DNA of 64,000 nt from Eledone cirrhosa (GCA_964016885.1 OZ024741.1:178312001-178376000); one strand, 5' to 3'; shown: positions 45,913-59,978, counted from the first letter of the stretch. A program made the numbers and translations. Notes: generated from the letters alone by a model not told the origin.

Positions 45913-47376
45913 ATATAAGTTAAAACAATGACATAAAAATTCAAGTCATTAGGAATATACTTCACTGCTTTACGATCGTTTCTACATCGTAAGCATATTT
46001 CGTTATCGATCTATGTAAGGTATACTGTTAAATTCTCATACCCTACATCAAACAATCTCCAACAGAAAATAAGCAACTACAACATTTATAAATTTAAAAA
46101 TAATATGACCACACCACGACAGCATAATTTGAATAATGACTGCACCTTTTAAAAGGACAAATAATACAATTCTTCAACCTGGAAAACACAACCACCCAAA
46201 TCACCAACACAAAAACAACATAACACAAAATCACAATACAACCCCAGCACTAAATCACCGACAAAGCAGCACTCATTCTCTCTCTAACATTAATTACAAT
46301 AAAAATAGCTCCAGGGTTAATGAGAATTATGTAGGTACCTCCAACAACCATCTTACGTATGGTTGTAATTGCAGAAATAGAAGCGTTTGCCCCTTAAATG
46401 GCAAGTGCTTGATTAATAATGTTATATATAAATGCACTGTGTCTACTACTGACTCAACAAATCGTATATAGTATCCACATCGAACACATTTAAGAAAAGA
46501 TATTGCGCACACTCCAGTAGCTTTAACAATACTAAACTAGCTAACACCACATCTTTAGCTGAAGCAGCAAATAACTATAAAAAGAAAAAAATAGATTTCA
46601 AGCTATCATGGGATACCATTCTACAAAGAACTCCATATCTTGGGAACAGGAGAGAATGCAGATTATTTTCCGGTGAGATCTTTGAAATTATTAAAGGACG
46701 ATTTATTGAATAAAAGACAAGAACTGATTATAGCTTGTAATCACCGTATACGAAAAACATTTAAGTACTATAAACTTAATTAAACATTCTAAATAGCAGC
46801 TCACTATAGGTCTATGTGACGTACCTTTTTGTTAGTATCCCCTTCTCCTAGTTATACGCCTTCCTGTTAATTTTTTAACCTTTTAATTTTTAGTTTCCAT
46901 AGGTCCATTACTAAACCACCTGTAATTGCATGGGTATACATGTATCTATGTATATGTGTATATGTGTATGTATATGTGTATATGTGTATGTGTTTATGTA
47001 TGTGTATGTACATGTATGTGTGTGTACATGTATATATGTATGTATATGTATATATATATATATGTATATATATGTGTGTGTGCGTGTATGTATGTATATG
47101 TATATGTATATGTATATATCTATGTATGCGTATGTATATTTTTAATGGAGTATCTATGTAATTATACCTATATCTATATATGTGAGTTTAGGTACTTTTG
47201 TGATCTAAGAAAATTATTCGTTTTGGCTATATGTCAACATGGATTAATTACCTATACATAGACCCACTTGAAAATATTTACTATTTTATATTTTATGATG
47301 CATCATATGCTATACTATACTATATACAATGTACCATACTGCATTATATTATATTACATTATATTATATTAAAATA

Positions 47377-47640
47377 GGGCGGTGAATTGGCAGTATCGGT
47401 AGAGGGTCGGACAGCATGCTTTGACGCATAGAGTTACGGCGCTTGCCATTCTGAGTTCAAATCCCGCCGAGGTTGACTTTGCCTTTCATCCTACGGGGTC
47501 GATTAAATAAAGTACCAGTAATACCCTGGGTATTTGCTGGCCTTGTGCCTAAAGTAGAAACAATTATATTATATTAAAATAAAGTACCAGTAATGTACTG
47601 GGTATTTGCTGGCGTTGTGCCTAAAAAAAATAGAAACAAT
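47377..47640 (+). mobile_element. tRNA-derived SINE with duplicated 3' end
   Basis: Full copy 47377-47565 plus repeated tail 47575-47640. Confidence 0.85.
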
Positions 47641-48085
47641 TATATTATATTATTATATAATTGTATTTTATTATCTTATTATCCTTTTCATCTTTTAATA
47701 TACTATCCTTCCTAGTTATGACCATTACTTCACCTATCTATATTTATCCTAGTTATTTCCGTATATTTTATATTTCTTTATTTATATTCACCTAAAAACC
47801 CCATACAATACAACTCAACATAAGGTTTACATCCCTTTTTAAACATTCACACCACGATCTACATTCCACTATCAATACAACAATCCCTTTTCTTCATAGG
47901 TTCTTCATAGTAATTCTATTTTTAACACCATTCAACCATCCCTTTCAAAAGGTCATGACCTTAACTAAAGTGAGTTTTATTTCGTCTTAACATCATATGG
48001 CAAAACGCCATTTGATTGGTTTGTACTTCAGCTACCTCCAAATAAGGTCGTGGAACTCAATTTACTATTGATTTTGAATAAAATG

Positions 48086-48231
48086 TTCATTGCTTTGGAC
48101 AACGGCTGACGATATACACGTGGGTAAATATATTCCTTATTTGATATTTTGTAACTAACCTTACATAGATCGATAACGAAATATGCGTACGATATATTAT
48201 TATCACCTAGAAACGATCGTAAAGCAGTGAA
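48086..48231 (+). ncRNA. Hammerhead-like motif with TGGACAA core and 107-nt stem II region
   Basis: 10-bp stem I TTCATTGCTT/AAGCAGTGAA, GAAA-CGATCG-TA. Confidence 0.6.
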
Positions 48232-48479
48232 GTATATTCCTAATGACTTGAATTTGTATTTCATTGTTTTAACTTATATCATGACTCTGTTTTCCTTTTG
48301 ATGTTTTATTGTTTTCCGGGATTTATTTTAACATACAACATTTTCAACATTGGATTACATTGAGTTCTTCATGCAGACTAGACCCCACAACTAACCGTAG
48401 ATATTTCTGTGTGTATATATATATATATACACACAGAAAACTGTGTGTATATGGAAGGAAACCTCTGATATAACACCTT

Positions 48480-48745
48480 CAACCCTGATGGTATCCAATG
48501 ATGTTGACTTATTCTTCTTTTTGGTAAATATCATCTTGGTTAAGAGAGTGGGACTGGCTTTGTGCAGTGCCTTTGCTCACTATAAAAGCTTCACGGCACA
48601 GACATTGCTTTATATCTGGAGATCTCTCTGCACTTGTCATCACATGGTACCATGGACCCAGCACTATGTGTCAATAATTGTCACAAGTGTAGCGTTTGTA
48701 CCAGAGTTTTCAAGTCGCTGGCTGGACTAAAAATTCACACTCGTA
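48480..48745 (+). mobile_element. Decayed LINE 3' end with C2H2 finger
   Basis: CSVCTRVFKSLAGLKIHTR. Confidence 0.5.
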
Positions 48746-48814
48746 GGGGTTCGGTAGGGGTTCTCCTACATGGATATAAAGTAGTGGCTGTACTCGAAAA
48801 CGAGTTGGCAGCCA

Positions 48815-48852
<38 letters not shown>

Positions 48853-49187
48853 TGGGGATTGTATACATCGAAACCTAGCAGATATTACTCTGCAAGTAAT
48901 GTAGAAGATACTTCATGCAGGAGTAGTAAAGTAACGTAAAGGATAGAATAAGAAGGACGGAAGGGTTTGGTGTAAAATGAAAGTAAATATATATTCATTT
49001 TACATTACAAGGTATGCTTCTATTCGTAGCTGTTTATATTTTTTTGTTTTACACTAATCATACTAATTGTTGAAAGGCGGCGAATCGACTGAATCGTTTC
49101 TGGACCCACTGGAATGCACTTCGTCACCCCTAGATTTGAAGACAACCGATTTCTTCTATAGAAGTGGAAAGAGAGACTGTGTGTGTT

Positions 49188-49333
<146 letters not shown>

Positions 49334-50322
49334 ATAGAGAAGATATTAGGAAGAGATATAACAGCAAAATCAACTGCATACTTGACTGGTATTTTTTTAT
49401 CGACGTTCGATGGCATGGAGAGCATAGTTGATTTCAGCGGAATTTGAACACCGAGGGCGCAGAGAGCCAGAAATTATGCGGTAAAATATTCTCTCCAACG
49501 TTCTAACAACTGAATAGAAATTAAATGTGAACAAATCATTATCAACTGTAAAATATTTCATATAAATATATCCTTAGGTCTCTACATAAACATACGATCC
49601 TAGTTTTACACGAAATAGTGTGGCAGTGTAGTGCTATTTGGTTCATTAATTGAGATGTTAGCAAACATGTACAGGTTTTTTTTTCAGTATCCGAGATTTT
49701 TAAAGATGTAAGGGCAAAAATGATAGTTGCCATAAAACCCTTACATGTTTTAAACAATCCTCGTATTTATAGTAAGGACGATGCTGATAAACAAATTATT
49801 TATGCACTTTTTAGCTAGATATTCACGGTTAAACCGATGAGAAAAAGGAACGGTATGCTCAGTATATAACTCTAAAAAAATCAAAACAAATTAATATTAA
49901 TCCTTTATTGCAAATGATGCAATCCTCGTTTATTTCGATATCGTATCATGATCATCATCGTTCATGTATTTTTTTTCATATTCAAACAATAGGAAGCCAT
50001 TCTATGTATTTCAATACAAGCGCGCCATACTGTCGACTACTACTACTACAATATACATTGTAGTGACTACAATTTATCACACACTGGTCATTAATTGTCC
50101 AGTCATAGAACTATATTAAATTCGTAAAAGTTTTATTAAGAAATGAATGAATACATAAAGATATATTCAGAGGCTAAAATTTAAATTTATGGCATGGCGC
50201 TGTCTGCACAAAGAGATATATATCTTTTTGCTACCAAATATATTTCTTTATACGAAATGTTCAATACAATAGAGCACAGAACTCTATAAGAATACAAATA
50301 TATATATATATAATATAATATA

Positions 50323-50397
<75 letters not shown>

Positions 50398-50624
50398 ATG
50401 TGTGTGTGTGTGCGGGTGTATGTAAGAGTGTTTATGTATAGGTGTATGTAAATGTATATATATATATATATGTGTGTGTGTGCGTAGAGAGAGAAAGAGA
50501 GCGAAACAGTGAAGGGTTGCTATAAGCATGGATTGATACAAGCAGACACAACCACAGACTGACTTATATAATGGCGTATATATATGCGTTCGTGTATGTG
50601 TGTGTGTACGTGAGCGCGCCGTTT

Positions 50625-50687
<63 letters not shown>

Positions 50688-50691
<4 letters not shown>

Positions 50692-51359
50692 CAATGGGGA
50701 GAAGAATACTGCAGGTTGCACATGGATAACATGTTATACAATGAGTGCCTCATCAGTGATTTGCCAACGATCATAGATATTTCATTGCATTAAAAATCAT
50801 ATACCTCACGTTGGTGCAATAATAACTAAATGAAGTTATTAGGACAATTAAAACGCGTAAAGCGAGTGAGACAAGTAAACAACAAAGAGGAAAACTAACC
50901 GTAGGTAGGAAGGGAACAAGCTACATAGTTATTCTGTCAGCATAAGCTGGGTGAATATATGAGCGCCTAAAAAAAAGACCTTTCGAGATGAATCCAAATG
51001 TAAGAAACAAGGAAATTGTTTTCGTCGCGAACGGGGTGAAGTGAGAAGGGGAGAAACAGTGAGTGAGTGAGTGGAAGTGTGAGGAAGAGGTCAGTAGAGA
51101 GAAAGTGTTAACTGACATGACAGAGGGGGCGAAAGAAAGTAAGAGAAACAGAGAGAATGAGGGAGCAGTAAGAGAGATAGAGAGAAAAACAGAATCGCAG
51201 TTTAGGTAAATATATGTGAAAAAATGGGGAGAAGAATACTGCAGGTTGCACATGGATAACATGTTATAAAATGAGTCCCTCATCAGTGATTTGCCAACGA
51301 TCATAGATATTTCATTGCATTAAAAATCATATACCTCACGTTGGTGCAATAATAACTAA
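50688..51359 (-). mobile_element. Non-coding element with ~140-bp direct repeats 530 bp apart, each holding a permuted HHR
   Basis: 50688-50829 matches 51218-51359. Confidence 0.8.
50749..50806 (-). ncRNA. Non-circularly permuted hammerhead (second copy at 51279-51336)
   Basis: Sense AGGTAT A TGATT n10 T GAAATATCT n13 AATCA CTGATGA G. Confidence 0.7.
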
Positions 51360-51383
51360 CTCCACTGTGGAGACGAAGATACG

Positions 51384-51888
<505 letters not shown>

Positions 51889-52419
51889 TTTGGTGATTCT
51901 GGTTGATGGAAGTCACTTCTGTTTGATATATCAGCTCGGGTGGGTTACACTGTTGATCTAGTAGTCTTGTCTCTGGCCTTCTGCATGAATATCATTAAGT
52001 TGGAGGGTTTTTGCGTTTGCCAGTGATGTATGATATAAAGTTACTGTAACCTCCGGACAAAATCATGCCACCCCTCTGGTGAACCATGTGTGGAACCTCA
52101 GAAATAACGGCACGCTATTTCCTATTAAATGGAGTATATTAGAGTAATCCACCCCCTATTTAACTATGTAACTCAAAGAAGTGGAATATACTTAAATACT
52201 CGCCATAACTACTCAACATTTTTAATCATGAAAATAATTAACAAAGAACAGATCAGCATATTCATAATATTACTTTTATTACGCCATCAATATATAATTA
52301 TAATACAATTTTAAACAACCTTGTTTCGGGTCTTAAGAAAAGTGAGATTCGTAGACAGTGGTAACCTGGGTACAATGTTATTAAGCTTTCATATATATAT
52401 ATATACCATCAAATCCAGG

Positions 52420-53191
52420 GTCCGGGTGAATATGTCATTCCTGTTGTCTGACCCGTTTAGCTTGACTCATTTTTTTTTTGGCTTAAGTGGTTAATGGCTT
52501 CTTGACCGCCTTCTCAGTTTGTATGGCCTTTATAACCTATGTTTATTGCTCTGGTCTCTTTAGCCCATGGAGCGATTGCCAGCATGAATCGGAATTTGCG
52601 CCGAAATGCGATTCTCGCTGAATTTATATTTGTATTAATCTCCCCAGTCTTACAATTAAGCTGTTAATAATTCTATTGACAGATTAATTGCATAAGTTTA
52701 TTTTAAAAACTACCCGGTTGAGTGCTTATTCGATTTGAGCTATTTATGCAATTTTTTGCATGGATTTACACATACTGAATTCATTTGCCAAAATCTGGGG
52801 GTTTTTTCCCCTGTGAGTTACACATGTGCTTTTACAAAACACTGTGTCATCCACAACACTGGCGCAGAACAAAATACCTGTTGATAACGTGATATTCCTC
52901 ATTCGATCATTATACCAAAGTGTTATTGTTTTAAGCAGACAGTATCATTAATTTAGGTGTCGCAGAAACCCTGTACTGGATTATACCATAAATTCCAAAA
53001 GTCCGGGTAAATATGTCATTTATTTTGTCGGACCAATTTTTGGGGGCTTAGGTGGCTAATGGCTTCTTGACCGCCTTGACCGCCTATGTTTATTGCTCTG
53101 GCCTCTTTAGCCCATGGAGCACTTGTCAGCATGACTCGGAATTTGCGTTGCGTTTCGCTTTTCCTACCCGCCGAAATGCGATTCTCGCTGA

Positions 53192-53198
<7 letters not shown>
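52420..53198. repeat. Diverged ~200-bp direct repeats (52420-52629 and 53001-53198)
   Basis: GTCCGGGT.AATATGTCATT...CCGAAATGCGATTCTCGCTGAATTTATAT occurs twice. Confidence 0.75.
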
Positions 53199-53221
<23 letters not shown>

Positions 53222-53228
<7 letters not shown>

Positions 53229-53460
53229 TGGTTACACAACAGTTAGTTCACCATTCCGAGAGCAATTGTTTCACCTTAGCGGATCCTCAGCTCGTAATGG
53301 ACGTGGTATAACCCTGTCCATTACGAGCTAAAGATCTGCTAAGGTGAAACAATTGTTCTCGGTATGGTGAACTAACTGTTGTGTAACCAATTCTACCTAA
53401 CTCGTCCCATGGACTGAGTGCTCTACCACTACGGATATTAGCTTCCAGTGTTGTACCACT
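53222..53460. mobile_element. Fold-back mini-PLE of the 1606-1812 family, with an HHR in each arm
   Basis: Arms 53222-53302 and 53316-53395; minus arm sense CGAG CTGAGGA..GAAACAATTG. Confidence 0.85.
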
Positions 53461-54037
53461 ATATATATATATATATTATATATTTATATATATTATATAT
53501 ATTTATATATACATATATATATAGAGAAAATTGAGGTTGGTAATGGCACATGGAATATATAAGAGACAGAATACTTTTTTGTGAAAAAACATATAATTTT
53601 ATAAGGTAAGGAAATAATAAAGGGTATAAAAAATGACCGGTTTCGATGGGTCTGCAAAAGCCATCTTTTCAAATGTTGATTAATATTAAGAAAAATTAAT
53701 AATACGAAGAGTTAAGATTTGAGATTTGAAAATTCAAGTTTAAAATTCATTGTGGGATTTCATAGTAGTTTTCATCTTGGTAGCAACATGTTGACTGCTG
53801 TGTGCCTTTCTGGTAGTGAATGAGAAGTTATTTGGGGGTGTGGGTTATTTTATAAAGGTCAGATTTAGCAATGGCCAGCTGGCCAGCTGCTGGTCAGTGA
53901 GGGGGTGGAAGCAATATACATACATATATCTTCCTGTGGTTGGTAGGAGAGGGGAGCGTGATAGAAAAGGATTTAGTGCACTTACCCCTATATATACACA
54001 CATACCTTCATCCACACATACATACATATACATATAC

Positions 54038-54088
<51 letters not shown>

Positions 54089-54890
54089 CACACATACATA
54101 CACACACACATACATATACATACACACATATACACACATATATACACATACACACACGTATATATATACACACACACATATATATATACATACACACATA
54201 CAAACACACACACACACACATATATACACATACACACGCATATATATACACACACACATATATATATATACACATGCGCATACATCCAGATACACATATA
54301 TATATATATATATATATATACACACCCACACATACATACACACACACACATATATATACATACAAACATACAAACACACACACACACACATATATATACA
54401 CATACACACACATATGTATACACACACACACACACACGCACACACAATACATACATCCACATGCACACACATACACACACACACACATATACACATACAT
54501 ACACCCAGACCCAGAGAAATGGCCTCCAAACATATATATATATATACATACATACACATATATTTTTTCCATAATATAAAAGTTAGGACAGTGAAATTAA
54601 AATACAAGTCATTCTGATCACATTGAGTTCTTCATGTAGATTGGGCCCCGCAACCGACAGTGGTGAATTCTGTGTGCGCATATATATATAGATATATGTG
54701 TGTGCACGTGCAGGGTTTAACATGGATGTGTTGGTCACACAAAGGCATTGTCTGTCAACGAATAAACCTGATTCTACAGAATTGGTGGTCTCTGGTCTTT
54801 AATAGTAGTGATAATTATATACATGCGCACATACAAACACATATATCTCTGTCACTCCGTGCGTATGTGTGTTTATATTTTATGACAATT

Positions 54891-57122
54891 CTATTGGGGT
54901 GATAACCCGTTTAGTTTTGGTTTAAATTTGTTAAGGAATAGATTTTCTTTGTTTATTCTTTGTTGCTGTGTGAACGAATCTGAGCACTTGTAGAAGGGGA
55001 AGATTTTAAAGTTGGGTAGTGTCATTCCTGCGCAGTTCGCAATATGGCTGCTCAAGGGGATTTTTCTTGTGTTAGCGTCCCGGATTTGTTGGCGGTGGAT
55101 GGTCATTCTTTTGCGTAATGAGGTGCCCGTCTGTCCTATGTAGTTGTGTTTGCACCCACCGCAAGTTATTGCGTAAATCATGTTCTCCGAGTTGCAGGTG
55201 AAATTGTTTTTTACTGTAAATGTTTGGCCATCTTTGAATGTAAAGGTTTGTCCTTCAGTGAGGTAGAGGCACGTTCCACAGTTTGACCTACCACATATGG
55301 TATCTGTAGGGTTGAGGATTGGTTTGGGTATATTTGGTCCAGTGAGAATGCGTTTTAGTGATTTGGGTTGTCTTTTACTTTTAAGGATCTTGTGTGTTTC
55401 AAGAATAGACTTCATTTTTACATCTTTAAGTAGGATGGGGAGGTTTTTGTGTAGGTGATCAAACATTTCGGTATTTCTGGGGTTGAAAGTGGATACATAT
55501 GGCAGGGTGTTGAGTGTGGTTTTCTGTTTTGGATTGTTAAGTTGATGGGGATTTAGGTGTTTTGCCCTGTCTATTCCATTGTTGATTATTTCAAGTGGAA
55601 AGGCTCTTAAGATAAGGGTGTCTTTTAGTTCCTTTAGTCTTTGCTCCCGTTTAGGTGGATCTGATACTATGGTACATATACGTTTGGCCAAATTGTAAGG
55701 AATGTTAAGTTTTGTATGTTTTGGGTGACTTGATGTGAAAAAGAAGTATTGCTTGGAATCTGTGGGTTTATAGAATATATCTGTATCTAATTTCCCGTCT
55801 ATTACAGAGATGAGAATATCCAAGAAGGCTAATTCCTTGGGATTGGATTCCATTGTGAATTGTATGTTATTATCTATGTTGTTTATCATGTTTTTAAACG
55901 TAGTAAGTGAGTTCATGTCTTCTTGCCATAGGATAAAGCAGTCGTCTAGATATCTTTTCCAATTGGCTTTGAGGTGTGTGTGGAAAGAGTCTCCAAATAA
56001 GAGAAGGGACTGACTGTATATTTGTTGTTCATGGAATCCCATGACTAGGTTGGCATATGTGGGTGCTACTTTCGTGCCCATTGCCTAACCTGATACTTGT
56101 CTGTATGTTGAACCATTGAATGTGAAGTAGTTATTTTGTAGGATAAAGCGGAGTCCGTCAGTGATAAAATCTGTGTTGATGCGTGTCGGTATTTCTGATG
56201 GGTGTGTGTTAAGCCAGTATTGGACTGCTGTTATTCCATAGTTGTGGGGTATGTTTGTGTAGAGGTTTATTACGTCAAAGGAGACAAGAATTGTATTTGC
56301 ACTTACTGTTTTAGGGAGGTGTTTCAGCATGTCAAGGTCATCTCGTATGTAGCTCTGTATATGTTGTAGAAAGGGTTTCAGTAGGATGTCCAGAAAGTTG
56401 GTAAGTCTGTGGGTTTCACATGTAGGGCCTGCTATAATTGGCCTGAGTTTTAGGTCTTCTGGTGGTGTTAGTTCAATGTAATTGTTGGTTGAGGTGTCAC
56501 ATGCATCGTTTATGGGTTTACATTTGTGGAGTTTCGGTAAGCCGTAAAAAGAGCTTGTATTGCATTTGAAGTGGCTTATATAGTTAAACTCTTTTGTGGT
56601 TAAGCTGTTGCGGTATTTATTCAGTAAGGTCAAAAGGTTCCCCATTGTTTTGGTGTGTTTGTAGTTTTCTGTTTTTTCATAGTATGTGTTGTTTTCTAAA
56701 ATGTTAAGTGCGAGGGTCCTATAGTAGTCCGTATTCATAATGACAACAGTACTGCCTTTATCGGCTTCTTTGATAGTTATCTCAGGGTTGTTTCTAAGTG
56801 TGAATAATTCTTCCCATTCGTGTGTAGATAGGTTTGATTTCGTGTGTTTATTTGTAATTTTTTCATAGGGAAAGTTGGTGATGTGTTCGCAGTACGTGTC
56901 CAGTGCTTTATTTCTTCCCTTTTGTGGGCAGAAATTGCTTTTATTTCTAACCAGTGATTCGTCTTCAGTGTTGGTGTCGTTGTGGAAGAATTCCGTTAGT
57001 CGCAGCTTTCGGCAGTATTCCATGATGTCATCCTTCATTTCGGGGAAGTTTGGTTTACGTGGTGTAGGTGTAAATTTCAGGCCCTTACTTAAAATGTTGA
57101 TTTGTGTGTTGGTTAGAGGTGT
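54891..57122 (-). pseudogene. PLE RT / GIY-YIG endonuclease, 5'-truncated, with a single in-frame TAG at 56085-56087
   Basis: ILSKGLKFTPTP, ADKG, SFDVINLYT, G*AMG, RYLDD, CGRSNCGTC, MIY..YIGQT. Confidence 0.93.
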
Positions 57123-57426
57123 CTAACTTTTTATATTACGGAAAAAATATATGTGTATGTATGTATATATATATATATGTTTAGAGGCCATTTCTCTGTG
57201 TGTGGGTGTATGTATGTGTATATGTGTGTGTGTGTGTGTGTGCATGTGTATATATATGTGTGTGTGTGTGTGTTTGTATGTGTGTATGTATATATATGTG
57301 TGTGTGTGTATGTATGTGTGGGTGTATGTGTATATATATATATATATATGTGTGTATCTGGATGTATGCGTATGTGTATATATATATATGTGTGTGTGTG
57401 TGTGTATATATATGTGTGTGTATGTG

Positions 57427-57457
<31 letters not shown>

Positions 57458-57632
57458 TTGTATGTGTGTATGTATATATATATATATGTGTGTGTGTGTG
57501 TATGTATGTGTGTATCTGGATGTATGTGTATGTATATATATGTGTGTGTGTGTATATATATATGTGTGTGTATGTGTATATATGTGTGTGTATCTGTGTA
57601 TGTATATGTATGTGTGTGTGTATGTATGTGTG

Positions 57633-57715
<83 letters not shown>

Positions 57716-58062
57716 GTATGTGTGGATGAAGGTATGTGTGTATATATAGGTGTAAGTGCACTAAATCCCTTTCTATCACACTCCCCTCTCCTACCAACCA
57801 CAGGAAGATATATGTATGTATAGTGCTTCCACCCCCTCACTGACCAGCAGCTGGCCAGTTGGCCATTGCTAAATCTGACCTTTATAAAATAACCCACACC
57901 CCCAAATAACTTCTCATTCACTACCAGAAAGGCACACAGCAGTCAACATGTTGCTACCAAGATGAAAACTACTATGAAATCCCACAATGAATTTTATACT
58001 TGAATTTTCAAATCTCAAATTTTAACTCTTCGTATTATTAATTTTTCTTAATATTAATCAAC

Positions 58063-58104
58063 ATTTGAAAAGATGGCTTTTGCAGACCCATCGAAACCGG
58101 TCAT
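58063..58104 (+). ncRNA. Minimal hammerhead, U3-A8 variant (sense copy at 53633-53674 on -)
   Basis: AT TTGAAAA GATGG..CCATC GAAA CCGG TC AT; stem I is weak. Confidence 0.6.
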
Positions 58105-58333
58105 TTTTTATACCCTTTCTTATTTCTTTACCTTATAAAATTATATGTTTTTTCACAAAAAAGTATTCTGTCTCTTATATATTCCATGTGCCATTACCAA
58201 CCTCAATTTTCTCTATAACCTTCGTTTTGTGTAGAAAATTACACTTTTCACATATATTTATACATATATTATATATATATTTACATATATATACATATAT
58301 ATACATATATATATACACCAATATATATCTCCA

Positions 58334-58372
<39 letters not shown>

Positions 58373-59121
58373 GGATGTATATATAATGTATTTTGCAATA
58401 CACTTTATGCTTAATTAAAAGCATTTTGAAGACCGTAAGCTATTGTTTTAAAGTAGTGACAAATTCACTCACTTTGATCTCAGCAAACAGGGGAGATAAG
58501 CCGACAAGACTTGTTTCGCTTTGGTTGAAGCTTATCAAGGCCAACTACCCCACCTGTCTGCTGAGATCATTGATGTTATATTCTTATAGAAATCTAGTAA
58601 ATAATCAGGAGCTGATTATGCAGAGCGTATCATTTATGGTATATATTTTATCTGATGATTCTATAGACATGTTTTATGATATATATATATATATAAAATA
58701 TTATAAAATAAGAAGGAATAATAGACAGAATATATACCTATTTTTTCTTCGTCTCGACTGTACCGTTTCGCTGGTCACTATGCAAAAATGTTATATCATA
58801 GATATGTAACATTGTTGTGAGATAAGCCAGCTTATCAAGGGAGCATCTCAGGGAAGGGCCCCAACCACATACGTCCGTAGCATTCGAGAAAATCTCAAAA
58901 AGGCGGAGGGAGACTCTATCACGTGATACGCCGGTCAAGAAAGAGGATTAATACCTTGTAGCAGTGAAAAATATCTCAGAAGGCGGAGGGGGATATTAAT
59001 ATGATACAGAGGGTACAGAGCGGTGGTAAGGTTGACTAGAAGTGTATATAGTGTTTGCTTGAAAGCAGTCACTATACGTCCGTGGTTACTCTACCGTGAG
59101 GGAGTTAGAGAAAATAATGAG

Positions 59122-59175
<54 letters not shown>

Positions 59176-59179
<4 letters not shown>

Positions 59180-59494
59180 TAAAATGAAGAATTAGAAATA
59201 GAAGCCAGGACTATCCAATCATCAGTGGTCTACTAGCCATCAAAAATGTTTCTTCGCATCAAAGACCAGATACCTCAGGCTAGCGCCGCGAACAATATCT
59301 AAAATAAGTTATATCCCAATGACTTATTATAGTTATTGTTCTCGCTAGCCTGAGGTATCTGGTCTTTAATGCGAAGAAATACCTATCATGGCTAGTAGAC
59401 CACTGATGATGGATTGTCCTGGCTTCTATTTCTAATTCTTCATTTTAATTTGTATTTCACATTTGTAGTAACACAGCACGCCATTTTCATTCTT
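59176..59494. mobile_element. Fold-back mini-element with a permuted HHR in each arm
   Basis: Arms ~59176-59311 and ~59320-59451. Confidence 0.85.
59353..59410 (+). ncRNA. Non-circularly permuted hammerhead (antisense-arm copy at 59218-59275)
   Basis: AGGTAT C TGGTC n10 A GAAATACCT n13 GACCA CTGATGA T. Confidence 0.75.
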
Positions 59495-59912
59495 ATATAT
59501 ATATATATACATATATACAGAGACATCTCTTCAGTCGTGAACCAAAATTAATTTGTCGTCTGCTTTGATTGAAATTTCTTTATGTATATATCTAATAAGT
59601 TGTTGCCTCGTTTTGGAGGACTGAGGTATGGAAGGAGGAAGGGGAGTAGAGGAAGGGAGGGTTTAACATACAGTAATAGTATATCCTCTTCACCCTCTCT
59701 CACTAAAACGTCTTTTCTTTCGTCTTCCATTGTAACGATGTCTCCAGGGGTTCCATTATTGAAATCCAATTTGCCAGTGCTGCTTCTGCATATTAACTTA
59801 ACAGGTGTGTAAAGTTACACCAGGATCGGATCACTGGTGTAGACGCCAACTGGTTATACACAGATACACAGGCAGACAGAAATTATCATTTATATAGTAG
59901 ATACACAAACAC

Positions 59913-59978
<66 letters not shown>

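Larger units (their letters stand above)
45918..48412 (+). mobile_element. 5'-truncated Naiad-like PLE with inverted 5' pLTR piece (45918-46021)
   Basis: GCNCRNRSVCPLNGKC..VIYKC at 46361-46440; pLTR 48086-48412; SINE nested at 47377. Confidence 0.85.
53522..58252 (-). mobile_element. Neptune-like PLE with ~1.1-kb inverted terminal repeats (53522-54585 / 57124-58217)
   Basis: Near-identical inverted 3' UTR/pLTR copies flank the RT/GIY-YIG ORF. Confidence 0.92.

Noticed and set aside
50749-50790. Type II hammerhead fold (GAAA-TATC-TA-TGAT..ATCA-CTGATGA)
   Set aside because: Gives almost no stem III and fails in the 59353 copy (TCAT vs ACCA); the permuted fold explains all copies with covariation
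56085-56087. Both Neptune-like ORFs have a stop near the GxAMG motif (also 17316), hinting at programmed readthrough
   Set aside because: Different codons (TAG vs TAA) at different positions inside the RT core; independent decay is simpler
58644-58700. CTGATGA with flanking ATTTTAT/ATAAAAT as a possible HHR
   Set aside because: GAAA box absent; the pairing is plausible by chance in AT-rich DNA
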